Below are positions 1-12,020 of a DNA stretch of 64,000 nt, piece after piece. Numbering within the stretch: position 1 is the stretch's first letter; the number at the start of each line of letters is the position of its first letter. The DNA is taken from assembly GCA_964106645.2 (NCBI GenBank), contig OZ067044.1; one strand, 5' to 3'. The notes beneath the pieces were generated by a model. The model was given only the letters and a program-made list of their open reading frames with translations, ran no database searches and was not told the DNA's origin. Source of the stretch: Podarcis pityusensis. Its lineage: Eukaryota. The position numbers and the translations under genes were made by a program.

Positions 1-816
1 GCTTTTTGCTTTCAGAATTCATAAGGATCAAAATGTGCTCATGGTCACAATTGAGGGAGCAGGACTGCACCTTGTATTGGGGGTGCCTGTGTATTGATAA
101 CGAGAAACTATTATTATCCATGGAAGTAGAGTTCAGGTTGCCATGTCCGTGGATGCAAGCTACAGAACACTGCTTGTTAGCAGAAACAAGGTATGGATTC
201 TAGTATATGGTATATGAGACTTGATTCAGCTCTACTACTTACTATTCCATTGTTGAAGGCCTTGTCCCCTTGCCCTTGGCCTCCTATTATGATGTCATGA
301 TTGGTATCAAAACGCTATCGGTTTTCTTTATTCTTCCAAAAGTCAGATTACTCCATTTAATTTGCTAGGGAATGTGTATTCTGATTAGATGCAATGTCCT
401 ATTTTTAATAGCTCCAAATCTCTGTGTGTCAGAGTTGAAATTTCTCAGCATTCCTCTTAAGCCCTATTCTTATGTATTCTTATCAATTGACAAGCACAAA
501 GTCTTGGTTTTATTTTTGGCTCCCTCTTTACTTTGCCCCCCCCCCCCATTTAGCCTGTAACCAACTCTTGTTTTTGCAATATTGCAGAAATGCAACCTTT
601 CCACCCCTCTCAGCAAAAGCCAACCTTCACACTAGTCCTCTCTCACCTGGATTACTGCAACGGTCTGCACTCTCATCTTCTATTCTTGTATGTCATCCCC
701 CAAATTGAAGTTTTCCTTCCAAAGCTGCTTTCTGGGAGGCATCATATTTTAATATAAAAAGTCTCCATATTGGGGTTTACTCTTTTTCTTTTAAATTCAT
801 CTTGAAATTTCATACC

Positions 817-847
817 TGTTCTGCCAATGCTGCACTAGATGGCAGCA
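817..847 (+). promoter_or_regulatory. Candidate CTCF binding site (core plus upstream motif)
   Basis: GCACTAGATGGCAGCA (832-847) matches the CTCF core CCACYAGRKGGCRS with one mismatch; TGTTCTGCC 6 bp upstream resembles the upstream (ZF9-11) motif. Confidence 0.5.
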
Positions 848-1548
848 TAGAAATATTATTGTAGAAACTCAGTATCTGAGAAAGAGACTGGACTGCAAGC
901 TTTTGAATTGCACTTAGTTTTGATTTTTGGATGCATGATGATTTATCCTGGCATTTTGCAATATGTAGATTAGCAGCAGGATAGACCTATGAACTGATGG
1001 ACTACTTCTGTCTCTCTCTCTTTCTCTCCGTCCCTCTCTCAGTATCTGGTAGTAGATTCCTCAGGGGGTTTTTTTGAGTTCTCATAGAATTTTAATTTTT
1101 TTAATGCTGAGGTGGAGAGCCAACACAGGAAATGTGTGGTTTTCATATGTTCTTTCTTTTTTGACATGAATAATGTATATGGCTAAGATGGGAAGAGTTG
1201 GAAAAACTGCACATTGGAATGACAAGATATATAATTTCAAAACATAATGCCAATCCACCTATCCAAGTAACCTGCAAAATATTTGAATATTCAAAAGTTT
1301 TGGTATTGGGCTGTCTATATCATTTTGTAAATCATACAACAGTAAGTCTACATGAAAAAAGGCTATCATGGGTGCAATCTATCATATTTTTTCCTGCACA
1401 ATTTTCCTTTAAACAAACAAATGTATTTTTTTTAATGAACCAAAGTTGTGCAAGAGCAACCTGGTAGGTAGATATTGCCTTGTGTGTGTCTATATATTCT
1501 AGCTGCTTTTGCTACTAAAGCATCCTCTTATGTTCCGTACCAATCTTA

Positions 1549-1639
1549 CAGCACAGTCCTAACCATGTCTGCTTAGAAGTTAAATCTTATTGGACTCATT
1601 GGGGTTTACTCCCAGGTAAGTCGGGTTAGGATTGCATCC
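1549..1639. mobile_element. Short palindromic Harbinger/PIF-type MITE
   Basis: Imperfect TIRs (CAGTCCTAACC ... GGTTAGGATTG), TTA on both flanks (1546-1548, 1640-1642); related degenerate copy at ~36076-36168. Confidence 0.6.
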
Positions 1640-2944
1640 TTAGATGTCAGAGAGCCTGTGGAGTGTTGGGGATGGGCTATTGAACTTGAACTGCAGATGA
1701 TGTATGTCCAGATTTTGCTCAGTGATGAACTGAATGGTCTAATCACTTTTGGACCCTGCTTTGGGATGAGGTACCCTCTTTTACCCCCATCAAAGTGAAT
1801 CAGTCAACTGACTTCCAAGATCTTTTATTTTCTGTTTACAGCAGGTAATTGTGCGCCGGTATTTGGGGCCGTTTTCTCACATCAAAGTATATTCTGACCA
1901 TGCTATCCTTGCTTGGGTACAATGCTGAGGTTATTTATAGGCCAGTGGTGTAGAATGCGACCATTTTATGGAAAAAAAATCTGGAAAGGGAATTGGTACC
2001 ATATACACATTTGAGATATAATTGTATGTATAATTAGAAAGAATCTAATAAACCTAGGGTCTCATTCCCCATTTCCTTTATATTTTCAAGGCTTCCAAGA
2101 TCTGTGCTTAGGATTTTGCAAAGGTTAGAATTTTATACCGGTTGGGTGCTTAGTGATCAAAAACTGAGAGGAGAAAAAACCGAACAGCTTTTTTTCTGGC
2201 ACACTAGGAAAGTGGACTCCTGAATGGAGAGGTAGCCAAAAATCTTATTTCCTTCCCCAGACTCTGAGTTGGTACTTGGTAAGATGTTTTAATGAGCGCT
2301 GGCAGTTCCCCAAAAAGCAGAGTTGAATGGTACATGAAGTACTCAAGTGATAGACCAGACAGGTTGTGTAGAAGGGATTGTAAAGGGGTTTCAAGAGTTG
2401 ACTGTTTCACCTCCTGTAGAAATCAATGCTTGTATAAGACAGTAAAAAACGCATCGGTAAGAGGCCTGGTTTGCAGAAGCAACTGATAAGGTGGCAATGT
2501 CAGCCTTGTTTGGAAGTTCATCTCATTGCATTGGAAGAAAGCAGGGCTGTGCTGGCTAACTGTGCCCCAACTTGCACCCTAGCTAGCCCTGCCAACGACA
2601 TCTGCACATGCAGCACAAATGTCTGTGGGAAGAGAGCATTCTCATATGCAGCTGTATTATGTGAAGGCTTTCATACACTGGGACCCACAGAAAACGACAG
2701 TAGGTCCCACATTAGGTGGTCCTCATAATTTTCTTCTGAGGCTTTGCAGCAGCACTTTTTTCAAATTAAGAAGGTGTGCCCATATTTCTGTGTGGTAAAC
2801 CTCCCCTGAAACTGCCTACATATTTAAATACTCGGGTGTATTGAGGGAGGCACTATAGACACTTGCATTCCCCTCTCTTCCTCCCTCAGCTGCTAGATAT
2901 ATTTGTGTGTGTTTTGGGGAGTGAGATGAGAGTCCTATAGAGTC

Positions 2945-3080
2945 CAGTGTTCCCCAACTTTGGGCCTCCAGCTGTTTTTGGACTATAATTCCCATCATCC
3001 TTGACCACTGGTCTTGCTAGCGAGGGATGATGGGAGTTGTAGTCCAAAAACAGCTGGAGGCCCAAGGTTGGGGAACACTG
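2945..3080. mobile_element. Palindromic non-autonomous hAT MITE
   Basis: TIR CAGTGTTCCCCAAC...GTTGGGGAACACTG; whole element is a near-perfect fold-back; flanks CTATAGAGTC / CTATAGAC resemble a degenerate 8-bp TSD. Confidence 0.9.
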
Positions 3081-3322
3081 CTATAGACTAGCAGGTAGGA
3101 AAGCCTGGAAGATGTCTCCCTTGGTGACGGAGCATTTTAAAGGGGTAGTCACCATCTCCGGTGAGGAAACTAAACACTGTATTTGGTGTTCTGGTCCTCC
3201 TCTCAAGGTGAGATAATTTAGGCTTCTTGCTTCATTACCTAAGTGTTCTGTGGAACTGTTGGGACTACTTGGAGAGGACAGAGCAGATGCAACGACCGCA
3301 TAATACAGATCAGTGTTTAAAA

Positions 3323-3458
3323 AGGGACAGGGAAGCTGTGGCTCTCCTGATGTTGGTCTCCAACTCCCATCAGTTCCAACCTAACTTGGCCAGTGGTTGG
3401 GACTGATTAGAGTTGGAGTTCAACAACTTCTTAAAGACCACAGCTTCCCCATCCCTCC
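3323..3458. mobile_element. Degenerate palindromic hAT MITE (same core family as 2945)
   Basis: GGGAAGCTGTGG...CAACTCCCATCAG...CTGATTAGAGTTGGAG...CCACAGCTTCCC fold-back. Confidence 0.7.
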
Positions 3459-3661
3459 TCTGAGTAATGTAGTTGTATTCTCTAGGTGAAGCTAAGTCTT
3501 GAGTCCCATCAGGGGAAAAGGTGGGGTATAAATATATTATAATGGTTAATAATAATAATAATAATAATAATAGTTGGGGAATATATGTCAGAGATTAGCT
3601 TTTTAAACTCATCACGCAGCTCCACATCCTGACTTTCATTTTATGAAGTTGCTGTAAGGAA

Positions 3662-3803
3662 ATAGAATCTTAGAATTACAGATCCCTGAGGATGATTTAG
3701 TCAAATTCCCTGCAATGCAGGAATATGCAGCTGTCCCATACATGGATTGAACCTGCGACCTTGCTGTTATCAGCACCATGCTTTAACCAACTGAACTATT
3801 CAG
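3662..3803 (-). mobile_element. tRNA-Ile-headed SINE with CR1-type 3' tail
   Basis: Minus strand TAGTTCAGTTGGTTAAAGCATGGTGCTGATAACAGCAAGGTCGCAGGTTCAATCC resembles vertebrate tRNA-Ile (A and B boxes); 3' part CCTGCATTGCAGGGG...ATTCTAAGATTCTA matches the CR1 3' end at 62121-62205. Confidence 0.8.
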
Positions 3804-5994
3804 GCGCGCACACATACATTTCATCCCTTATAATGAGAGCCTCATCATGTGTCTTTATTTGTCACTGATAGATTTAATGCGGGACTTCTTGTTGGGCTCA
3901 GTCTATAGCCACTACCTTTTCTGGGGATCAGTGGTCCACGACAGAGCTACAAAACTCGATCCTAGGATAGCTGCAAACATATATAAGTTTCACAAAACTG
4001 CACAGGGACAAAGCAATGCTGATGGTTCTCCAAAACAAATCAAGCCAGCGGCACTCCCACACCCTGCCGAAAACGTACAAGGAAGCCCTAATGTTCCAAA
4101 CTGGCATAAGGCAAAGTGGAAAGTTGTGGGTGTTGTTGATTCTGCTACCAAATATTTTGATACCAATTACAGAGCGGTGCAGCTAGGGATGTTTTCAGCA
4201 CAGTTATGAGACAGAAGTACAAATACTGAGTCAGATCATAAAAGTGCAGAAAATCGCTTGCACCACAACAGATGTATAACAGCAGACGCTTATGTATAGC
4301 AGAATATGAATCAGAGAGGCCAGGCACAACACTGTATTTTATGTAGATGGTTGTGGCTTATGTCTTGCATGTGGAGGAGTAGGAATGAATGATTAAAACA
4401 AAAATATTCTGAAGATCTGCTACTGTCTTGCTCTGTTCCTTATAATGCAGGGCACGAGGAAATGGGTGGCCCTCCAGATGTTCGAATCTAGCTCCCATCA
4501 GTCCAAGATAGCTTTGTGTATGGGCAATCTATCCCAAATATATTTGTGTTTAGAGGAGTTTCGTGATCTAACTTGGTTGCCCTCTTCTTGCCCCTGTTCC
4601 TTCCTTTTCTTCCTCTCTAAGCTCTTTGATGGCTGAAGAACAGCCTTTAATTTCCTAGTCCTAATCTGTTGGAAGAAAGTGATAGTGCTGAATACCTTCA
4701 ACTTCTTTGATGTTAGACGTTGTTTGAAGAAAGTAAGGCATTGGGAGATGTGGTTAATGAATAATCTGCATGTAGCTAGTAGCATGTAGGCTGTCAGGCA
4801 AGCCATGCAGGCTAACAGGTTAGCTATCTATAAATCAGGTACAGTTTTTAGAAGCTCATGCACAGACTGATCAATCACAGCGCCCTGCAAACTGAGGCTA
4901 CTTGTGGGAGTCGCTTCACCACTTCTTGAGGGCTTCCAAGTGGCAGAATGAAGTGCTTGTTTGGTAATGTATATAATGCTTGCTGTTTAGAATAAAATAC
5001 TTAATCTTCTCACGCACTTGTGTTTGTATTGCCTCTGATTCTCATTTTAAATGAACCACCTTGCATTTGGCAAGACACTTTGTCAGGGGTGATAGGAGTT
5101 TCTAGCCCAGCAAAAATTGGGGAACCACAGACTGCCATGGAATTTTCACAATGAATTGGGTTTTTTGGTGTTTTTTTAAAATGTAAACTGATGTGGAAAT
5201 GTGGAGAATGGAATTTAAGATTGGAAAAATGAGAAACCGAGATTGACATATTCACCCATCCCTTGTGATTATCACTACCATGCCACCATCCTCCCCTTGA
5301 TTTCCTCCTATCTCCAATCACCCAATGGGTGGTGCAAAGCTGAGCAACTGCCCTCCAGGCACCTGCGGATCTTCACATCATTGCTATCCCCATTATACTT
5401 TTTCCAAGAAAAGCTGTAATTTGTGTTTACGTCCAGTTTAACAATCCAGTCCGGGTGGCTGCATCCTAGTACGCCTTGAAGCTTCCCTTGTAGTTTTGAA
5501 GAGACAACAGCATCCTGTCCTGTCTCTTGTTAAATGGCTGTCATGTTATTTATTTTTAGAGGTTGAAGTTAGCCTCATGGATAGATGGAAGCAGTTTGGG
5601 ATTCTTAGCATTTGTGCAGAGCCTTTTACTATCTTCACACAAGTTGGATTAAGCCTCCTGCTTGAGGAGCTGTCAGCCTGAATGCCCTCAGAAATTAAGC
5701 TTTCACAGTTTTCCATCTGGGTCTTGGATGAAGCTGAAAAAACTGTTTCAAATTGCCTGTACCATTTACTTAGAGAGAAAATTAAAGTCATACACACACA
5801 TGCTAAATGGTTATATTAGAGTCTTTCCAGATGATAAAAAGCTGATAACCTCCCCCCGCCTCAAAAAAACAAGTTTTTTTACTAAAAAAAGAGGAAAAAA
5901 CAACAACCGACATTTTCCTGATCAAGTGCATAGCAGCAGGATATCCTATTCTACGTAATGAACAGTGGGCAGGGGAAGAACCTAAGCACTACCT

Positions 5995-6350
5995 TAAAAG
6001 GTAAAGGAGCCCTGATAGTTAAGTCCAGTCGCGAACGACTCTGGAGTTGTGGTGCTCATCTTGCTTTATTGGCCGAGGGAGCCGGCATATATCCGCAGAC
6101 AGTTTTTTCTGGGTCATGTGGCCAGCATGACTAAGCCACTTCTGGTGAACCAGAGCAGTGCACGGAAACGCTGTTTACCTTCCTGCCGGAGTACTACCTA
6201 TTTATCTACTTGCACTTGGACGTACTTTCGAACTGCTAGGTGGGCAGGAGCAGGGACTGAGTAATGGGAGCTCACCCTGTCGCAGGGTTTAGAACCGCCG
6301 ACCTTCCAATCGGCAAGCCCTAGGCTCTGGTTTAGACCACAGCGCCACCC
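5995..6350 (-). mobile_element. Sauria SINE
   Basis: Minus strand GGGTGGCGCTGTGGTCTAAACCAGAGCCTAGGGCTTGCCGA head ... ACCTTT tail; high similarity to three other copies in the window. Confidence 0.95.
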
Positions 6351-8320
6351 AATTAAATGAAGAGAAATGCTCCAAAGAGTGGACAGGATTAAAACAAAGT
6401 AGCATTATAAAAGTAAAGCAAAGGGAGAACAGAAATTGGTGGGATGCTATGGGAAGGGCCAGCCAAAGGCATTGTGTTGCTTGAAGCAAATGACAAGACA
6501 ACACAGTCCACCTGCCTCATTCCATGTCCAAAGCTGACCACACTGGCAACTGAATCTTATTTTGACACTGGTAATGGGGCACTCATCCACCACTGCACTT
6601 GAGGGCAGAATTCTAGCTTAGAGGGTACAGGGCAGATCATGTGTGTCATGCACAGCTCTGTTTCTGTTGCTCAGCATCTGCTGCCTGAGGTGGCTGCCTC
6701 TCTTTGTCTAATAGTAGGACTGGTCCTGGCCAGGGGAGTAGACTTCCACATAGCCAATACTCTCCCACCCCACTTGTGTTTAAAATGGTTACATGAGTCA
6801 GGTTGTGTCAGTGATTGTATCTGGTTATCTGTGTCAGGGGAAGGGCTGGTGGACACAGTCCCACTCTCCCTCCCTCAGCATTTACTGCATGCATGGGGGG
6901 AGGGGGCCTATTCTTGAGCACAGCCTTTCTATGAATTGTGTCTTCTGCCATGGATACATTGATTGCTCTTGAGTCTAGTCACCACCTCAGATGTAAACCA
7001 GTGTTTTGCTGTCCACTGTATTTATAACCTGGGGGAGGTATATTTTACCTCAGACTGGCAAGGGGGAAAATACCCTGAGCTAGTCTTGGCCCTTGGGGGG
7101 GGGATATATTTTGTTACAAATAGCCTTTGACAACTCTAGGTTCAGTTTCTTCCTTTTAAAAAAAGCTTTTGCCAAAGACCTTGTGGAGTGCCCGATTCCA
7201 TTCATATTCTCCAACAGGGTTTATTTCACTTGGGTGATTATCACATAACCATCTTCTATGTGCAACGGAATTAACAGAGATTCCATTTGTTGAAATCATA
7301 TGGAGACTGCAACTGTACTCTGCCTTATTACCAAATGAGTACAGCATGCCCTTCAATAATTCTCTAAACTCTCAAATGCCTTGGAAATAATATGCTGGAA
7401 TATTACTGAACTGTGACTGAAGCACCATTTGTGCTAAATGTGACAGTGCACAAATGATATTCCTCAATAAAAGTTCAAACTACATTAATCTTTCACAGAG
7501 GTTCATTGACCAGGAAGATGCCTTAGATACAAAATAAACTGGGGACGGCCCCTTTGAAATTACTTCTACACATTTTTGCTGTGTCTGTTTTTCAGAATCA
7601 TATACATTAATTTCTCCCTTGTATGCATAATTTTAGCATGGGACATTCTAAAAAGCAATAAATTATATTGTTTCTACATCAGTATTAGCAAAAACATTAG
7701 GTCTCTGTTTGTAATACAGAAATCCCTCTTGGATCATGCTATCATTAAATATAATGTGTAATAGTCGGCAATGTAATATACTTCTTATTTTCATTCCTTT
7801 GGGAAGAGCAGACATAACTCACTAGCAGATTTGCTCTCCTTGGCTAGATTGAGTTACAACCATTCCTAGCACAGGGGTGGGGGGAGAGAAGGGTTTATTG
7901 TGCTTGCAGTTAGACATTCTTTCTTATGTTTGCTATACAACCCCCTAGCATCACACATAGTGGTCTTCCTATACTACCTTTAGGAGAAAATACGTACTCA
8001 ATGCAAGAATACATATTATAAAAGGGAATAAGTGCAAACAGTCTGTGCAATCTGTAATGTCTGAAGCCTGGCAAAATATTCACCACTTGTGTTTGCTATG
8101 TACTTCTTTTCCTTTATGGAAATGATACATGTGGTGACAATGACCATATAAGTTCCTTAGGGATAAATAAGCTGTTTCCTGACATTGGCAATGGTGTGTG
8201 TGCATACAATTTCTTGAACATGTCAACAGCCTGCAGTCTCTGAAAATATGGACATATCTGCAATTGATTACCCAATGCTGGTGCACGTTTTTAACACTGG
8301 GCTAACAGTATAGTAAGCTT

Positions 8321-8364
8321 GTGTTTAAGGCCTATCGATAAAAAGTGTTTAAGGCCTATCGATA
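8321..8364 (+). repeat. 20-bp perfect direct repeat separated by AAAA
   Basis: GTGTTTAAGGCCTATCGATA at 8321-8340 and 8345-8364. Confidence 0.95.
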
Positions 8365-8595
8365 GCCATGAAGCATTGAAGAACAGTGTGTTCCATACAA
8401 ACTCACCCAGTTTTGGATGGAAGAAGCATTGCTCAGGGGTGGATTACATGCTTTGCATACACAAGGTCCTGTCCTTGACCTCACTAGTTAAATGTTCAGG
8501 GAGCAGACGGTGGGCAAGTTCCCCACCCATGCTGCAGCTAATTCCCTTGTCCCAATGGAAAACTTTATTTTGTGACTTATTAACCTCATTAATTT

Positions 8596-8860
8596 ACATT
8601 TAAAGCAGTATCACACCACTTGAAGCAGTCATGGCTTCCACAAAAACATCTTGGAAACTGTAGTTTGTCAAGGATGCAGAGAGTGTTAGCCAACTCCTAT
8701 TCCCCTCACAGAGCGTCTTCCCAGGAAACTGGAAATTGTAGTTCTTTGAGGAGAACAGGGGTCTCCTAACAACTCTCAGTACCCTACCACTTCCAGGGTT
8801 ATTTGAGGCAAAGCCATGATGGTTAAAAGTGGTATGATATGGTATTTAATGGATAGTGCA
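8596..8860. mobile_element. Palindromic non-autonomous DNA transposon (degenerate)
   Basis: TATCACACCACTT...CATGGCTT / AAGCCATGA...AAGTGGTATGATA outer arms with inner GAGAGTGTTAG / CTAACAACTCTC arms. Confidence 0.75.
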
Positions 8861-9974
8861 GATATACTGATGTTATATAAAATGTTTAACCCTGAACGAG
8901 ATAGAGCTAGATAGAGAGAGAGAGAAAGAGAAATTAACAGAAGAGCAGCTCTTTCAGGAAGCCAACTGACTAGGGATATTCAGCTGCTCCTGATAAAGAT
9001 GAGTAACAACATTTTTGTTCCCTCATGAGCTTTACTCATGGAATGTTTCTAGTCAAATGCAGCGCAATACATTCCTTCCTACACTCTATATTATGAGCTG
9101 TATTGGGTGAGAAAATTATTAATATGCAGGTGGGCGGTAAGTAAATATTTAACAATATTTGTCTTGATGAGCCTTGCATGAAAATGAAATATTTGATCTG
9201 CGATATTACTTAATTTCCTGCATTCCTCTCCTTTACTACACACCTAGGCCTAAAGGGATTTTGGACTTGTGTTCCTCGAGCAGCAGCTTCTCAGGCCATA
9301 TAGGACATCAGTTTTGAAACGATGAATGATCCTTCAAATATAGTTTGTGATTTGGCATTGGGAGCCGCCTCCTGTTGAAAGACAACTTTCAAAAGAATAT
9401 TCTATGTTAAGGACTTGGATTGAATGGTGTGAGGAGTAGCACTTCCACTTAGGTGGGTGGTTTCCTCATATCGGACAGTTTTCTATCAAGGAGTCCCTTC
9501 TGCCTCATCCAATACCATTTCCATGCCTATTGGGGGAAGCTTTGGAGGTAAGTGGGAGCAATGTAGGGACTGCAACAGGAAGGAGGAGGTAAGAAAAGTT
9601 CATTGTGTGAGCAGAACTACACTTAGGAGGCTACCACTGGTACATCAACCTAGTATCTTCTACGGCTATGCTGAGTACAATGGCTTTGATGATTTCTGAT
9701 GAGTTTGTTCCCCTTGCCCTGCCTAGAAAAAGGACTGAACCAAGGGCCTTCTGAAGGCAAAACATGTGTGCTACCATGTCTATGCCTTCATTTTTATGCA
9801 GTTTTATGGGCTCAAGCCAGACCGCAGAGGAACATCACTAAAAAGACTGGAGAACATCCTTTTAGAAGGACTACAAAACACGATTGTGTTTATCCACATT
9901 TTTCTACCCTCTTCTCCAAATGAAATATTTATGATGATGATAATTATAATAAATCCCTGCTTCAGTTAGCTAAA

Positions 9975-10079
9975 TGCTGTTCCTCCAGATGTTGTTGAAC
10001 CAACTCCCATCATCCCAAGCCAGCATGACTACTTTTCAGTCCAACAACATCAGGAGCACCACAGATACCACACCTCTGC
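9975..10079. mobile_element. Degenerate palindromic hAT MITE fragment
   Basis: CCAGATGTTGTTGAACCAACTCCCATCATCCC...GTCCAACAACATCAGG core shared with the 2945/41421 copies. Confidence 0.65.
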
Positions 10080-11609
10080 TTTAGAGCCTTCTCCTCCTTT
10101 CTAAGGAAAACTGTCATTGCTATTCTGTACCATTCTGTGCATCCCTACCCACAGGTTAGAATGAATCTCGACACTTGTATGGGGCCGATGTGGACAACAG
10201 AGATAGTGATACTGTTTTTGGAGTAAGTAAGATGACACTAAGCTAAGTATTTTGAAACCTTGGGCATGCCAGCTTTCCTGGCATGAATTTTCTAAGGAGA
10301 TGCAGCCCGTGGTGATGTCTCCCTCCCTCAAAGAACAAAAAACCCAGGAGGAATGATCCTTCAACCAAATGAATCTTGTAAACAGTCTTTGAATAAAAGA
10401 AGCAAATTCCATCTGCCATTCTACCTCCCACGAAATCGAAAAAAGAGGCTACATTTCTCCAACTGAGCGGAAGTCTCTGATTGCTAAGCATGAGGTCTAA
10501 TTGATCATAGTGGAACATGGGGCTGAATTCTTTGCTTTTGGAAACCGCTGGCATAGATTTAAGTGCAGGATGGGGGGCATGAAACCATGAATGATTTATT
10601 GGTGAGCTCTAGATCATCTCTCAGAAGGTGAGTTCAACGGCTTCACTTAAAAGATTAACCACCTAATCCTAGAACGGCAATTACAGCAAGAGCAACCTTA
10701 TTAGGCAAAACACATTACATAATTTAGAGTGCTAACTCTATTGATAAATCTATTCAGCAAAGCTGAACTTGTGGCACACAGGCAAGTGGTTAACCCTTTT
10801 CATCTTTTGACGATCATGAATCAGTGGCCTGGTGCATTAGTGAATTTCCATGTGATGTGTTTTGCAAATTGCATTTGCAAATGCACATTTCCCCTGTATA
10901 TGTGTCACATCTGTGATGTTTTGTGTGTGTGCATGCATTCAAAGTGTTTCCCATCTATATTGCATTAATACAATGATCTTCGCAAGGAACCATAAAAATT
11001 CTAGGTAAAACAACAATGATGGTCTTGGTCTATCTACTCCTTGCATTAAGAGGGAAGTGAAGAAGGCAAAACTGAGGGAGGGTAGGCATGCTTGGGAATG
11101 TTTTAGGCACAAGTGGCAGGTGATTAATTGTTATTGACATTTCTTTCCTGTCCTTACTTGCAAAGAAGTTCAGGGTGGCAGAGCAGCAAAAGGATGAAAT
11201 AAAAAGTATAATAAAAATATTTTAAAAGAACTTCTAAAAAAGTTTTAAAACAGCCACTTCTACTCGCAGCGAACAACACATAGGCAGGAAGGCTAGCCTC
11301 TGCTAAATACCAGATTTCTGTGGTCAAAAGTATCCGAATTCTGCAACCCGAATACATAATGCAACTTTTTAAACATTCTTTATTGAAAAATAAGAAGTAT
11401 AAATTGTAAGTGCACAAGGTAAAATAAGACAATAAAATAACACCCGTATAAAAAACAAACAAAAACTATAAACATTACATGATTATTATTGTAGTTATCT
11501 TAAACCTAACCTAATACAGTGTTTATAAAAATGAATTTCAAATATCATTAAATTTGTTCATGGTGAGTCTACTATTCTACGTGACTCGTTCATGTGTTGC
11601 AAGTTTGTA

Positions 11610-11863
11610 CAGTCATACCTCGAGTTGAATGTGCTTCGGGTTGAGCACGTTTGAGTTGCGCTCTGTGGCAACCCGGAAGTAATGGAGCGCGTTACTTCTG
11701 GGTTTTGCCGCTCGTGCAGATGCTCAAAATGACATCACGCGCATGTGCGGAAGCGGTGAAATGTGACCCGCGCACGGGCCGTTGCGCCATCACATCTTGA
11801 GTTCCGTTCGGGATGCGAACGGGGCTCTGGAAGGGATCCGGTTTGCATCCCGAGGTACCACTG
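11610..11863. mobile_element. Tc1/mariner (pogo/Tigger-like) MITE
   Basis: TIRs CAGTCATACCTCG / CGAGGTACCACTG flanked by TA on both sides; CpG-rich interior. Confidence 0.9.
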
Positions 11864-11972
11864 TACATATATTCTATCCAATCCCTTGTTTCCAAAGGGA
11901 TTAATCAACCCATTAATCACTTGAAGATCACAGCCCTATTTTAAATGCATCTTCAATTAAGGGCTATAAATT

Positions 11973-11977
<5 letters not shown>

Positions 11978-12017
<40 letters not shown>
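11978..12017. repeat. (TA)n microsatellite
   Basis: Direct observation. Confidence 0.98.

Positions 12018-12020
<3 letters not shown>

Noticed and set aside
2204-2413. Minus-strand exon-like frame EVKQSTLETPLQSLLHNLSGLSLEY... after a TTTCTACAG acceptor
   Set aside because: No recognisable protein, no good donor, no partner exons.
3740-3803. tRNA-like sequences (also 24950, 54345, 61167, 63310)
   Set aside because: Decayed cloverleaves fused to SINE bodies or tails; SINE heads rather than tRNA genes.
7156-7356. ORF with PSEINPVGEYEW, faintly like the Tc1 SPDLNPIENLW motif
   Set aside because: Catalytic residues absent and no TIRs; similarity too weak.
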